Made by a program: the position numbers and the translations under genes. Below the pieces are notes generated by a model. The model did not search any database, was not told the DNA's origin, and saw only the letters and a program-made list of their open reading frames with translations. Shown here piece after piece: positions 1 to 11,800 of a stretch of 64,000 nucleotides of DNA. Positions within the stretch are counted from its first letter, which is position 1; every line of letters begins with the position of its first letter. Source of the DNA: Auanema rhodensis (Eukaryota > Animalia > Nematoda); contig OZ059894.1 of the NCBI GenBank assembly GCA_964057225.1, forward strand, positions 20,212,001-20,276,000, written 5' to 3'.

Positions 1-132
1 GACAAAAATTTATTCGAAAAATTTCAAAATAATTTAGCAAAAAGTAGATGTTTTTAGATTCCTTTTTTCAAGGCAAAGACGATGGACAATGTTATTCAAC
101 GAAAAAATTAATTCTTCAGGGTGAAAATCGAG

Positions 133-154
133 GATATAAGTGTGAACTTATATC
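133..154. other. Perfect 9-bp inverted repeat GATATAAGT-gtga-ACTTATATC, present in nearly every monomer
   Basis: 133-141 is the reverse complement of 146-154; the loop is GTGA. An overlapping dyad ATATCA-gt-TGATAT lies at 150-163. Confidence 0.9.
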
Positions 155-164
155 AGTTGATATC

Positions 165-231
165 TCGGTGCATTTTTAAGCTAGCGCAAATCTGATAACA
201 CAGATCGACGCAGCTTAAAAATCCGCATCGA
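165..231. other. Long imperfect inverted repeat (67-nt hairpin or cruciform), repeated per monomer
   Basis: Paired arms are TCGGTGC 165-171 with GCATCGA 225-231 (one G-T), ATTTTTAAGCT 172-182 with AGCTTAAAAAT 212-222 (perfect 11 bp), GCG 184-186 with CGC 209-211, and ATCTG 190-194 with CAGAT 201-205. The loop is ATAACA. Confidence 0.9.
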
Positions 232-305
232 ATGCACTATACTACATTGAGAAACGCTTAATACAAAAATTAGTTATGATCGTTTGAAAAATGATGCATT
301 AGTGT

Positions 306-333
306 ATGTTGAGTTTCCATGTACACTCAACAT
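306..333. other. Perfect 9-bp inverted repeat ATGTTGAGT-(10 nt)-ACTCAACAT, repeated per monomer
   Basis: 306-314 is the reverse complement of 325-333; the loop is TTCCATGTAC. Confidence 0.9.
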
Positions 334-340
334 TGCTTCC

Positions 341-406
341 AAAAACATTTTGACAAAAATTTTTTCGAAAAATTTCAGAATAATTTAGCAAAAAGTAGAT
401 GTTTTT
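341..406. other. A/T-tract quasi-palindrome centred on TTTTTCGAAAAA
   Basis: Perfect 12-bp palindrome at 361-372. Outer arms are AAAAACAT 341-348 and ATGTTTTT 399-406. ATTTTG pairs with CAAAAT in monomers carrying the CAAAAT allele. Confidence 0.8.
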
Positions 407-2808
407 AGATTTCTTTTTTCAAGGCAAAGACGATGGACAATGTTATTCAACGAAAAAATTAATTCTTCAGGGTGAAAATCGAGGATATAAGTGTGAACTT
501 ATATCAGTTGATATCTCGGTGCATTTTTAAGCTAGCGCAAATCTGATAACACAGATCGACGCAGCTTAAAAATCCGCATCGAATGCAGTATACTACATTG
601 AGAAACGCTTAATACAAAAATTAGTTATGATCGTTTGAAAAATGATGCATTAGTGTATGTTGAGTTTCCATGTACACTCAACATTGCTTCCAAAAACATT
701 TTGACAAAAATTTTTTCGAAAAATTTCAGAATAATTTAGCAAAAAGTAGATGTTTTTAGATTTCTTTTTTCAAGGCAAAGACGATGGACAATGTTATTCA
801 ACGAAAAAATTAATTCTTCAGGGTGAAAATCGAGGATATAAGTGTGAACTTATATCAGTTGATATCTCGGTGCATTTTCAAGCTAGCGCAAATCTGATAA
901 CACAGATCGACGCAGCTTAAAAATCCGCATCGAATGCACTATACTACATTGAGAAACGCTTAATACAAAAATTAGTTATGATCGTTTGAAAAATGATGCA
1001 TTAGTGTATGTTGAGTTTCCATGTACACTCAACATTGCTTCCAAAAACATTTTGACAAAAATTTTTTCGAAAAATTTCAGAATAATTTAGCAAAAAGTAG
1101 ATGTTTTTAGATTTCTTTTTTCAAGGCAAAGACGATGGCCAATGTTATTCAACGAAAAAATTAATTCTTCAGGGTGAAAATCGAGGATATAAGTGTGAAC
1201 TTATATCAGTTGATATCTCGGTGCATTTTCAAGCTAGCGCAAATCTGATAACACAGATCGACGCAGCTTAAAAATCCGCATCGAATGCACTATACTACAT
1301 TGAGAAACGCTTAATACAAAAATTAGTTATGATCGTTTGAAAAATGATGCATTAGTGTATGTTGAGTTGCCATGTACACTCAACATTGCTTCCAAAAACA
1401 TTTTGACAAAACTTTTTTCGAAAAATTTCAAAATAAATTAGCAAAAAGTAGATGTTTTTAGATTCCTTTTTTCAAGGCAAAGACGATGGACAATGTTATT
1501 CAACGAAAAAATTAATTCTTCAGGGTGAAAATCGAGGATATAAGTGTGAACTTATATCAGTTGATATCTCGGTGCATTTTTAAGCTAGCGCAAATCTGAT
1601 AACACAGATCGACGCAGCTTAAAAATCCGCATCGAATGCAGTATACTACATTGAGAAACGCTTAATACAAAAATTAGTTATGATCGTTTGAAAAATGATG
1701 CATTAGTGTATGTTGAGTTTCCATGTACACTCAACATTGCTTCCAAAAACATTTTGACAAAAATTTTTTCGAAAAATTTCAGAATAATTTAGCAAAAAGT
1801 AGATGTTTTTAGATTTCTTTTTTCAAGGCAAAGACGATGGACAATGTTATTCAACGAAAAAATTAATTCTTCAGGGTGAAAATCGAGGATATAAGTGTGA
1901 ACTTATATCAGTTGATATCTCGGTGCATTTTCAAGCTAGCGCAAATCTGATAACACAGATCGACGCAGCTTAAAAATCCGCATCGAATGCACTATACTAC
2001 ATTGAGAAACGCTTAATACAAAAATTAGTTATGATCGTTTGAAAAATGATGCATTAGTGTATGTTGAGTTTCCATGTACACTCAACATTGCTTCCAAAAA
2101 CATTTTGACAAAAATTTTTTCGAAAAATTTCAAAATAATTTAGCAAAAAGTAGATGTTTTTAGATTCCTTTTTTCAAGGCAAAGACGATGGACAATGTTA
2201 TTCAACGAAAAAATTAATTCTTCAGGGTGAAAATCGAGGATATAAGTGTGAACTTATATCAGTTGATATCTCGGTGCATTTTTAAGCTAGCGCAAATCTG
2301 ATAACACAGATCGACGCAGCTTAAAAATCCGCATCGAATGCACTATACTACATTGAGAAACGCTTAATACAAAAATTAGTTATGATCGTTTGAAAAATGA
2401 TGCATTAGTGTATGTTGAGTTGCCATGTACACTCAACATTGCTTCCAAAAACATTTTGACAAAACTTTTTTCGAAAAATTTCAAAATAAATTAGCAAAAA
2501 GTAGATGTTTTTAGATTCCTTTTTTCAAGGCAAAGACGATGGACAATGTTATTCAACGAAAAAATTAATTCTTCAGGGTGAAAATCGAGGATATAAGTGT
2601 GAACTTATATCAGTTGATATCTCGGTGCATTTTTAAGCTAGCGCAAATCTGATAACACAGATCGACGCAGCTTAAAAATCCGCATCGAATGCAGTATACT
2701 ACATTGAGAAACGCTTAATACAAAAATTAGTTATGATCGTTTGAAAAATGATGCATTAGTGTATGTTGAGTTTCCATGTACACTCAACATTGCTTCCAAA
2801 AACATTTT
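352..2808 (+). repeat. Local 3-monomer (1053 bp) periodicity
   Basis: The GCAGTA variant is at 588, 1641 and 2694. GTTGCC is at 1369 and 2422. AAAACTTTT occurs in the monomers at 1405 and 2458. All spacings are 1053 bp. Confidence 0.8.
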
Positions 2809-5800
2809 GACAAAAATTTTTTCGAAAAATTTCAAAATAATTTAGCAAAAAGTAGATGTTTTTAGATTCCTTTTTCCAAGGCAAAGACGATGGACAATGT
2901 TATTCAACGAAAAAATTAATTCTTCAGGGTGAAAATCGAGGATATAAGTGTGAACTTATATCAGTTGATATCTCGGTGCATTTTTAAGCTAGCGCAAATC
3001 TGATAACACAGATCGACGCAGCTTAAAAATCCGCATCGAATGCACTATACTACATTGAGAAACGCTTAATACAAAAATTAGTTATGATCGTTTGAAAAAT
3101 GATGCATTAGTGTATGTTGAGTTTCCATGTACACTCAACATTGCTTCCAAAAACATTTTGACAAAAATTTTTTCGAAAAATTTCAAAATAATTTAGCAAA
3201 AAGTAGATGTTTTTAGATTCCTTTTTTCAAGGCAAAGACGATGGACAATGTTATTCAACGATAAAATTAATTCTTCAGGGTGAAAATCGAGGATATAAGT
3301 GTGAACTTATATCAGTTGATATCTCGGTGCATTTTTAAGCTAGCGCAAATCTGATAACACAGATCGACGCAGCTTAAAAATCCGCATCGAATGCACTATA
3401 CTACATTGAGAAACGCTCAATACAAAAATTAGTTATGATCGTTTGAAAAATGATGCATTAGTGTATGTTGAGTTTCCATGTACACTCAACATTGCTTCCA
3501 AAAACATTTTGACAAAAATTTTTTCGAAAAATTTCAGAATAAATTAGCAAAAAGTAGATGTTTTTAGATTCCTTTTTTCAAGGCAAAGACGATGGCCAAT
3601 GTTATTCAACGAAAAAATTAATTCTTCAGGGTGAAAATCGAGGATATAAGTGTGAACTTATATCAGTTGATATCTCGGTGCATTTTCAAGCTAGCGCAAA
3701 TCTGATAACACAGATCGACGCAGCTTAAAAATCCGCATCGAATGCACTATACTACATTGAGAAACGCTTAATACAAAAATTAGTTATGATCGTTTGAAAA
3801 ATGATGCATTAGTGTATGTTGAGTTTCCATGTACACTCAACATTGCTTCCAAAAACATTTTGACAAAAATTTTTTCGAAAAGTTTCAGAATAATTTAGCA
3901 AAAAGTAGATGTTTTTAGATTCCTTTTTTCAAGGAAAAGACGATGGACAATGTTATTCAACGAAAAAATTAATTCTTCAGGGTGAAAATCGAGGATCTAA
4001 GTGTGAACTTATATCAGTTGATATCTCGGTGCACTTTTAAGCTAGCGCAAATCTGATAACACAGATCGACGCAGCTTAAAAATCCGCATCGAATGCACTA
4101 TACTACATTGAGAAACGCTCAATACAAAAATTAGTTATGATCGTTTGAAAAATGATGCATTAGTGTATGTTGAGTTTCCATGTACACTCAACATTGCTTC
4201 CAAAAACATTTTGACAAAAATTTTTTCGAAAAATTTCGGAATAAATTAGCAAAAAGTAGATGTTTTTAGATTCCTTTTTTCAAGGCAAAGACGATGGACA
4301 ATGTTATTCAACGAAAAAATTAATTCTTCAGGGTGAAAATCGAGGATATAAGTGTGAACTTATATCAGTTGATATCTCGGTGCATTTTTAAGCTAGCGCA
4401 AATCTGATAACACAGATCGACGCAGCTTAAAAATCCGCATCGAATGCACTATACTACATTGAGAAACGCTTAATACAAAAATTAGTTATGATCGTTTGAA
4501 AAATGATGCATTAGTGTATGTTGAGTTTCCATGTACACTCAACATTGCTTCCAAAAACATTTTGACAAAAATTTTTTCGAAAAATTTCAAAATAATTTAG
4601 CAAAAAGTAGATGTTTTTAGATTCCTTTTTTCAAGGCAAAGACGATGGACAATGTTATTCAACGATAAAATTAATTCTTCAGGGTGAAAATCGAGGATAT
4701 AAGTGTGAACTTATATCAGTTGATATCTCGGTGCATTTTAAGCTAGCGCAAATCTGATAACACAGATCGACGCAGCTTAAAAATCCGCATCGAATGCACT
4801 ATACTACATTGAGAAACGCTCAATACAAAAATTAGTTATGATCGTTTGAAAAATGATGCATTAGTGTATGTTGAGTTTCCATGTACACTCAACATTGCTT
4901 CCAAAAACATTTTGACAAAAATTTTTTCGAAAAATTTCAGAATAAATTAGCAAAAAGTAGATGTTTTTAGATTCCTTTTTTCAAGGCAAAGACGATGGCC
5001 AATGTTATTCAACGAAAAAATTAATTCTTCAGGGTGAAAATCGAGGATATATGTGTGAACTTATATCAGTTGATATCTCGGTGCATTTTCAAGCTAGCGC
5101 AAATCTGATAACACAGATCGACGCAGCTTAAAAATCCGCATCGAATGCACTATACTACATTGAGAAACGCTTAATACAAAAATTAGTTATGATCGTTTGA
5201 AAAATGATGCATTAGTGTATGTTGAGTTTCCATGTACACTCAACATTGCTTCCAAAAACATTTTGACAAAAATTTTTTCGAAAAGTTTCAGAATAATTTA
5301 GCAAAAAGTAGATGTTTTTAGATTCCTTTTTTCAAGGAAAAGACGATGGACAATGTTATTCAACGAAAAAATTAATTCTTCAGGGTGAAAATCGAGGATA
5401 TAAGTGTGAACTTATATCAGTTGATATCTCGGTGCATTTTTAAGCTAGCGCAAATCTGATAACACAGATCGACGCAGCTTAAAAATCCGCATCGAATGCA
5501 CTATACTACATTGAGAAACGCTCAATACAAAAATTAGTTATGATCGTTTGAAAAATGATGCATTAGTGTATGTTGAGTTTCCATGTACACTCAACATTGC
5601 TTCCAAAAACATTTTGACAAAAATTTTTTCAAAAAATTTCAAAATAAATTAGCAAAAAGTAGATGTTTTTAGATTCCTTTTTTCAAGGCAAAGACGATGG
5701 ACAATGTTATACAACGAAAAAATTAATTCTTCAGGGTGAAAATCGAGGATATAAGTGTGAACTTATATCAGTTGATATCTCGGTGCATTTTCAAGCTAGC

Positions 5801-8800
5801 GCAAATCTGATAACACAGATCGACGCAGCTTAAAAATCCGCATCGAATGCACTTTACTACATTAAGAAACGCTCAATACAAAAATTAGTTATGATCGTTT
5901 GAAAAATGATGCATTAGTGTATGTTGAGTTTCCATGTACACTCAACATTGCTTCCAAAAACATTTTGACAAAAATTTTTTCGAAAAATTTCAGAATAATT
6001 TAGCAAAAAGTAGATGTTTTTAGATTCCTTTTTTCAAGACAAAGACGATGGACAATGTTATTCAACGATAAAATCAATTCTTCAGGGTAAAAATCGAGGA
6101 TATAAGTGTGAACTTATATCAGTTGATATCTCGGTGTATTTTTAAGCTAGCGCAAATCTGATAACACAGATCGACGCAGCTTAAAAATCCGCATCGAATG
6201 CACTATACTACATTGAGAAACGCTCAATACAAAAATTAGTTATGATCGTTTGAAAAATGATGCATTAGTGTATGTTGAGTTTCCATGTACACTCAACATT
6301 GCTTCCAAAAACATTTTGACAAAAATTTTTTCGAAAAATTTCAAGATAAATTAGCAAAAAGTAGATGTTTTTAGATTCCTTTTTTCAAGACAAAGACGAT
6401 GGACAATGTTATTCAACGATAAAAACAATTCTTCAGGGTGAAAATCGAGGATATAAGTGTGAACTTATATCAGTTGATATCTCGGTGCATTTTTAAGCTA
6501 GCGCAAATCTGATAACACAGATCGACGCAGCTTAAAAATCCGCATCGAATGCACTATACTACATTGATAAACAATCAATACAAAAATTAGTTATGATCGT
6601 TTGAAAAATGATGCATTAGTGTATGTTGAGTTTCCATGTACACTCAACATTGCTTCCAAAAACATTTTGACAAAAATTTTTTCGAAAAATTTCAAAATAA
6701 TTTAGCAAAAAGTAGATGTTTTTAGATTCCTTTTTTCAAGGCAAAGACGATGGACAATGTTATTCAACGATAAAATTAATTCTTCAGGGTGAAAATCGAG
6801 GATATAAGTGTGAACTTATATCAGTTGATATCTCGGTGCATTTTTAAGCTAGCGCAAATCTGATAACACAGATCGACGCAGCTTAAAAATCCGCATCGAA
6901 TGCATTATACTACATTGAGAAACGCTTAATACAAAAATTAGTTATGATCGTTTGAAAAATGATGCATTAGTGTATGTTGAGTTTCCATGTACACTCAACA
7001 TTGCTTCCAAAAACATTTTGACAAAAATTTTTTCGAAAAATTTCAGAATAATTTAGCAAAAAGTAGATGTTTTTAGATTCCTTTTTTCAAGACAAAGACG
7101 ATGGACAATGTTATTCAACGATAAAATCAATTCTTCAGGGTGAAAATCGAGGATATAAGTGTGAACATATATCAGTTGATATCTCGGTGTATTTTCAAGC
7201 TAGCGCAAATCTGATAACACAGATCGACGCAGCTTAAAAATCCGCATCGAATGCACTATACTACATTGAGAAACGCTCAATACAAAAATTAGTTATGATC
7301 GTTTGAAAAATGATGCATTAGTGTATGTTGAGTTTCCATGTACACTCAACATTGCTTCCAAAAACATTTTGACAAAAATTTTTTCAAAAAATTTCAAAAT
7401 AAATTAGCAAAAAGTAGATGTTTTTAGATTCCTTTTTTCAAGGCAAAGACGATGGACAATGTTATACAACGAAAAAATTAATTCTTCAGGGTGAAAATCG
7501 AGGATATAAGTGTGAACTTATATCAGTTGATATCTCGGTGCATTTTCAAGCTAGCGCAAATCTGATAACACAGATCGACGCAGCTTAAAAATCCGCATCG
7601 AATGCACTATACTACATTGAGAAACGCTTAATACAAAAATTAGTTATGATCGTTTGAAAAATGATGCATTAGTGTATGTTGAGTTTCCATGTACACTCAA
7701 CATTGCTTCCAAAAACATTTTGACAAAAATTTTTTCGAAAAATTTCAGAATAATTTAGCAAAAAGTAGATGTTTTTAGATTCCTTTTTTCAAGACAAAGA
7801 CGATGGACAATGTTATTCAACGATAAAATCAATTCTTCAGGGTGAAAATCGAGGATATAAGTGTGAACTTATATCAGTTGATATCTCGGTGTATTTTCAA
7901 GCTAGCGCAAATCTGATAACACAGATCGACGCAGCTTAAAAATCCGCATCGAATGCACTATACTACATTGAGAAACGCTTAATACAAAAATTAGTTATGA
8001 TCGTTTGAAAAATGATGCATTAGTGTATGTTGAGTTTCCATGTACACTCAACATTGCTTCCAAAAACATTTTGACAAAAATTTTTTCAAAAAATTTCAAA
8101 ATAAATTAGCAAAAAGTAGATGTTTTTAGATTCCTTTTTTCAAGGCAAAGACGATGGACAATGTTATACAACGAAAAAATTAATTCTTCAGGGTGAAAAT
8201 CGAGGATATAAGTGTGAACTTATATCAGTTGATATCTCGGTGCATTTTCAAGCTAGCGCAAATCTGATAACACAGATCGACGCAGCTTAAAAATCCGCAT
8301 CGAATGCACTATACTACATCGAGAAACGCTTAATACAAAAATTAGTTATGATCGTTTGAAAAATGATGCATTAGTGTATGTTGAGTTTCCATGTACACTC
8401 AACATTGCTTCCAAAAACATTTTGACAAAAATTTTTTCGAAAAATTTCAGAATAAATTAGCAAAAAGTAGATGTTTTTAGATTCCTTTTTTCAAGGCAAA
8501 GACGATGGCCAATGTTATTCAACGAAAAAATTAATTCTTCAGGGTGAAAATCGAGGATATAAGTGTGAACTTATATCAGTTGATATCTCGGTGCATTTTC
8601 AAGCTAGCGCAAATCTGATAACACAGATCGACGCAGCTTAAAAATCCGCATCGAATGCACTATACTACATTGAGAAACGCTTAATACAAAAATTAGTTAT
8701 GATCGTTTGAAAAATGATGCATTAGTGTATGTTGAGTTTCCATGTACACTCAACATTGCTTCCAAAAACATTTTGACAAAAATTTTTTCGAAAAGTTTCA

Positions 8801-11800
8801 GAATAATTTAGCAAAAAGTAGATGTTTTTAGATTCCTTTTTTCAAGGAAAAGACGATGGACAATGTTATTCAACGAAAAAATTAATTCTTCAGGGTGAAA
8901 ATCGAGGATATAAGTGTGAACTTATATCAGTTGATATCTCGGTGCATTTTCAAGCTAGCGCAAATCTGATAACACAGATCGACGCAGCTTAAAAATCCGC
9001 ATCGAATGCACTATACTACATTGAGAAACGCTCAATACAAAAATTAGTTATGATCGTTTGAAAAATGATGCATTAGTGTATGTTGAGTTTCCATGTACAC
9101 TCAACATTGCTTCCAAAAACATTTTGACAAAAAGTTTTTCGAAAAATTTCAAAATAATTTAGCAAAAAGTAGATGTTTTTAGATTCCTTTTTTCAAGGCA
9201 AAAACGATGGACAATGTTATTCAACGATAAAATCAATTCTTCAGGGTGAAAATCGAGGATATAAGTGTGAACTTATATCAGTTGATATCTCGGTGTATTT
9301 TTAAGCTAGCGCAAATCTGATAACACAGATCGACGCAGCTTAAAAATCCGCATCGAATGCACTATACTACATTGAGAAACGCTCAATACAAAAATTAGTT
9401 ATGATTGTTTGAAAAATGATGCATTAGTGTATGTTGAGTTTCCATGTACACTCAACATTGCTTCCAAAAACATTTTGACAAAAATTTTTTCGAAAAGTTT
9501 CAGAATAATTTAGCAAAAAGTAGATGTTTTTAGATTCCTTTTTTCAAGGAAAAGACGATGGACAATGTTATTCAACGAAAAAATTAATTCTTCAGGGTGA
9601 AAATCGAGGATATAAGTGTGAACTTATATCAGTTGATATCTCGGTGCATTTTCAAGCTAGCGCAAATCTGATAACACAGATCGACGCAGCTTAAAAATCC
9701 GCATCGAATGCACTATACTACATTGAGAAACGCTCAATACAAAAATTAGTTATGATCGTTTGAAAAATGATGCATTAGTGTATGTTGAGTTTCCATGTAC
9801 ACTCAACATTGCTTCCAAAAACATTTTGACAAAAAGTTTTTCGAAAAATTTCAAAATAATTTAGCAAAAAGTAGATGTTTTTAGATTCCTTTTTTCAAGG
9901 CAAAAACGATGGACAATGTTATTCAACGATAAAATCAATTCTTCAGGGTGAAAATCGAGGATATAAGTGTGAACTTATATCAGTTGATATCTCGGTGTAT
10001 TTTTAAGCTAGCGCAAATCTGATAACACAGATCGACGCAGCTTAAAAATCCGCATCGAATGCACTATACTACATTGAGAAACGCTCAATACAAAAATTAG
10101 TTATGATCGTTTGAAAAATGATGCATTAAATGTTGAGTTTCCATGTACACTCAACATTGCTTCCAAAAACATTTTGACAAAAATTTTTTCGAAAAATTTC
10201 AAGATAAATTAGCAAAAAGTAGATGTTTTTAGATTCCTTTTTTCAAGGCAAAAACGATGGACAATGTTATTCAACGATAAAATCAATTCTTCAGGGTGAA
10301 AATCGAGGATATAAGTGTGAACTTATATCAGTTGATATCTCGGTGTATTTTTAAGCTAGCGCAAATCTGATAACACAGATCGACGCAGCTTAAAAATCCG
10401 CATCGAATGCACTATACTACATTGAGAAACGCTCAATACAAAAATTAGTTATGATCGTTTGAAAAATGATGCATTAAATGTTGAGTTTCCATGTACACTC
10501 AACATTGCTTCCAAAAACATTTTGACAAAAATTTTTTCGAAAAATTTCAAGATAAATTAGCAAAAAGTAGATGTTTTTAGATTCCTTTTTTCAAGGCAAA
10601 GACGATGGACAATGTTATTCAACGAAAAAATTAATTCTTCAGGGTGAAAATCGAGGATATAAGTGTGAACTTATATCAGTTGATATCTCGGTGCATTTTT
10701 AAGCTAGCGCAAATCTGATAACACAGATCGACGCAGCTTAAAAATCCGCATCGAATGCAGTATACTACATTGAGAAACGCTTAATACAAAAATTAGTTAT
10801 GATCGTTTGAAAAATGATGCATTAGTGTATGTTGAGTTTCCATGTACACTCAACATTGCTTCCAAAAACATTTTGACAAAAATTTTTTCGAAAAATTTCA
10901 AAATAATTTAGCAAAAAGTAGATGTTTTTAGATTCCTTTTTTCAAGGCAAAGACGATGGACAATGTTATTCAACGAAAAAATTAATTCTTCAGGGTGAAA
11001 ATCGAGGATATAAGTGTGAACTTATATCAGTTGATATCTCGGTGCATTTTTAAGCTAGCGCAAATCTGATAACACAGATCGACGCAGCTTAAAAATCCGC
11101 ATCGAATGCACTATACTACATTGAGAAACGCTCAATACAAAAATTAGTTATGATCGTTTGAAAAATGATGCATTAGTGTATGTTGAGTTTCCATGTACAC
11201 TCAACATTGCTTCCAAAAACATTTTGACAAAAATTTTTTCGAAAAATTTCAAAATAATTTAGCAAAAAGTAGATGTTTTTAGATTCCTTTTTTCAAGGCA
11301 AAGACGATGGACAATGTTATTCAACGATAAAATTAATTCTTCAGGGTGAAAATCGAGGATATAAGTGTGAACTTATATCAGTTGATATCTCGGTGCATTT
11401 TTAAGCTAGCGCAAATCTGATAACACAGATCGACGCAGCTTAAAAATCCGCATCGAATGCACTATACTACATTGAGAAACGCTCAATACAAAAATTAGTT
11501 ATGATCGTTTGAAAAATGATGCATTAGTGTATGTTGAGTTTCCATGTACACTCAACATTGCTTCCAAAAACATTTTGACAAAAATTTTTTCGAAAAATTT
11601 CAGAATAAATTAGCAAAAAGTAGATGTTTTTAGATTCCTTTTTTCAAGGCAAAGACGATGGCCAATGGTATTCAACGAAAAAATTAATTCTTCAGGGTGA
11701 AAATCGAGGATATAAGTGTGAACTTATATCAGTTGATATCTCGGTGCATTTTCAAGCTAGCGCAAATCTGATAACACAGATCGACGCAGCTTAAAAATCC

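Larger units (their letters stand above)
1..351 (+). repeat. Reference monomer (351 bp, about 31% GC, 12 CpG)
   Basis: First full unit; the next GACAAAAA starts at 352. Hand count gave 110 G+C in 351 bases. Confidence 0.97.

Noticed and set aside
60-125. Hammerhead ribozyme, as known from some animal satellites; CTGAAGA occurs on the - strand opposite about 113-119
   Set aside because: No stem II followed by GAAA can be built; the next candidate reads GAAT and the later GAAA has no closing helix. The + strand CTGATAA does not fit CUGANGA. An Rfam or RNAMotif search would be the formal test.
200-235. Faint resemblance of ATCGACGC / ACGCAGCT / GCATCGA to 5.8S rRNA motifs
   Set aside because: Only 7-8 nt matches, in inconsistent order and strand, with no rRNA context. 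I also saw no tRNA or 5S fold and no Pol III A/B boxes.
319-408. Short ORF of 29 codons (MYTQHCFQKHFDKNFFEKFQNNLAKSRCF) across the monomer junction
   Set aside because: This length is expected by chance. It has no recognisable motif or expression signal, and it is frameshifted in monomers with an extra T.
4224-4241. CENP-B-box-like motif in the TTCGAAAAATTTCGGA variant
   Set aside because: The spacing does not fit TTCG-N4-A-N2-CGGG, CGGG is absent, and the allele occurs in only a few monomers.
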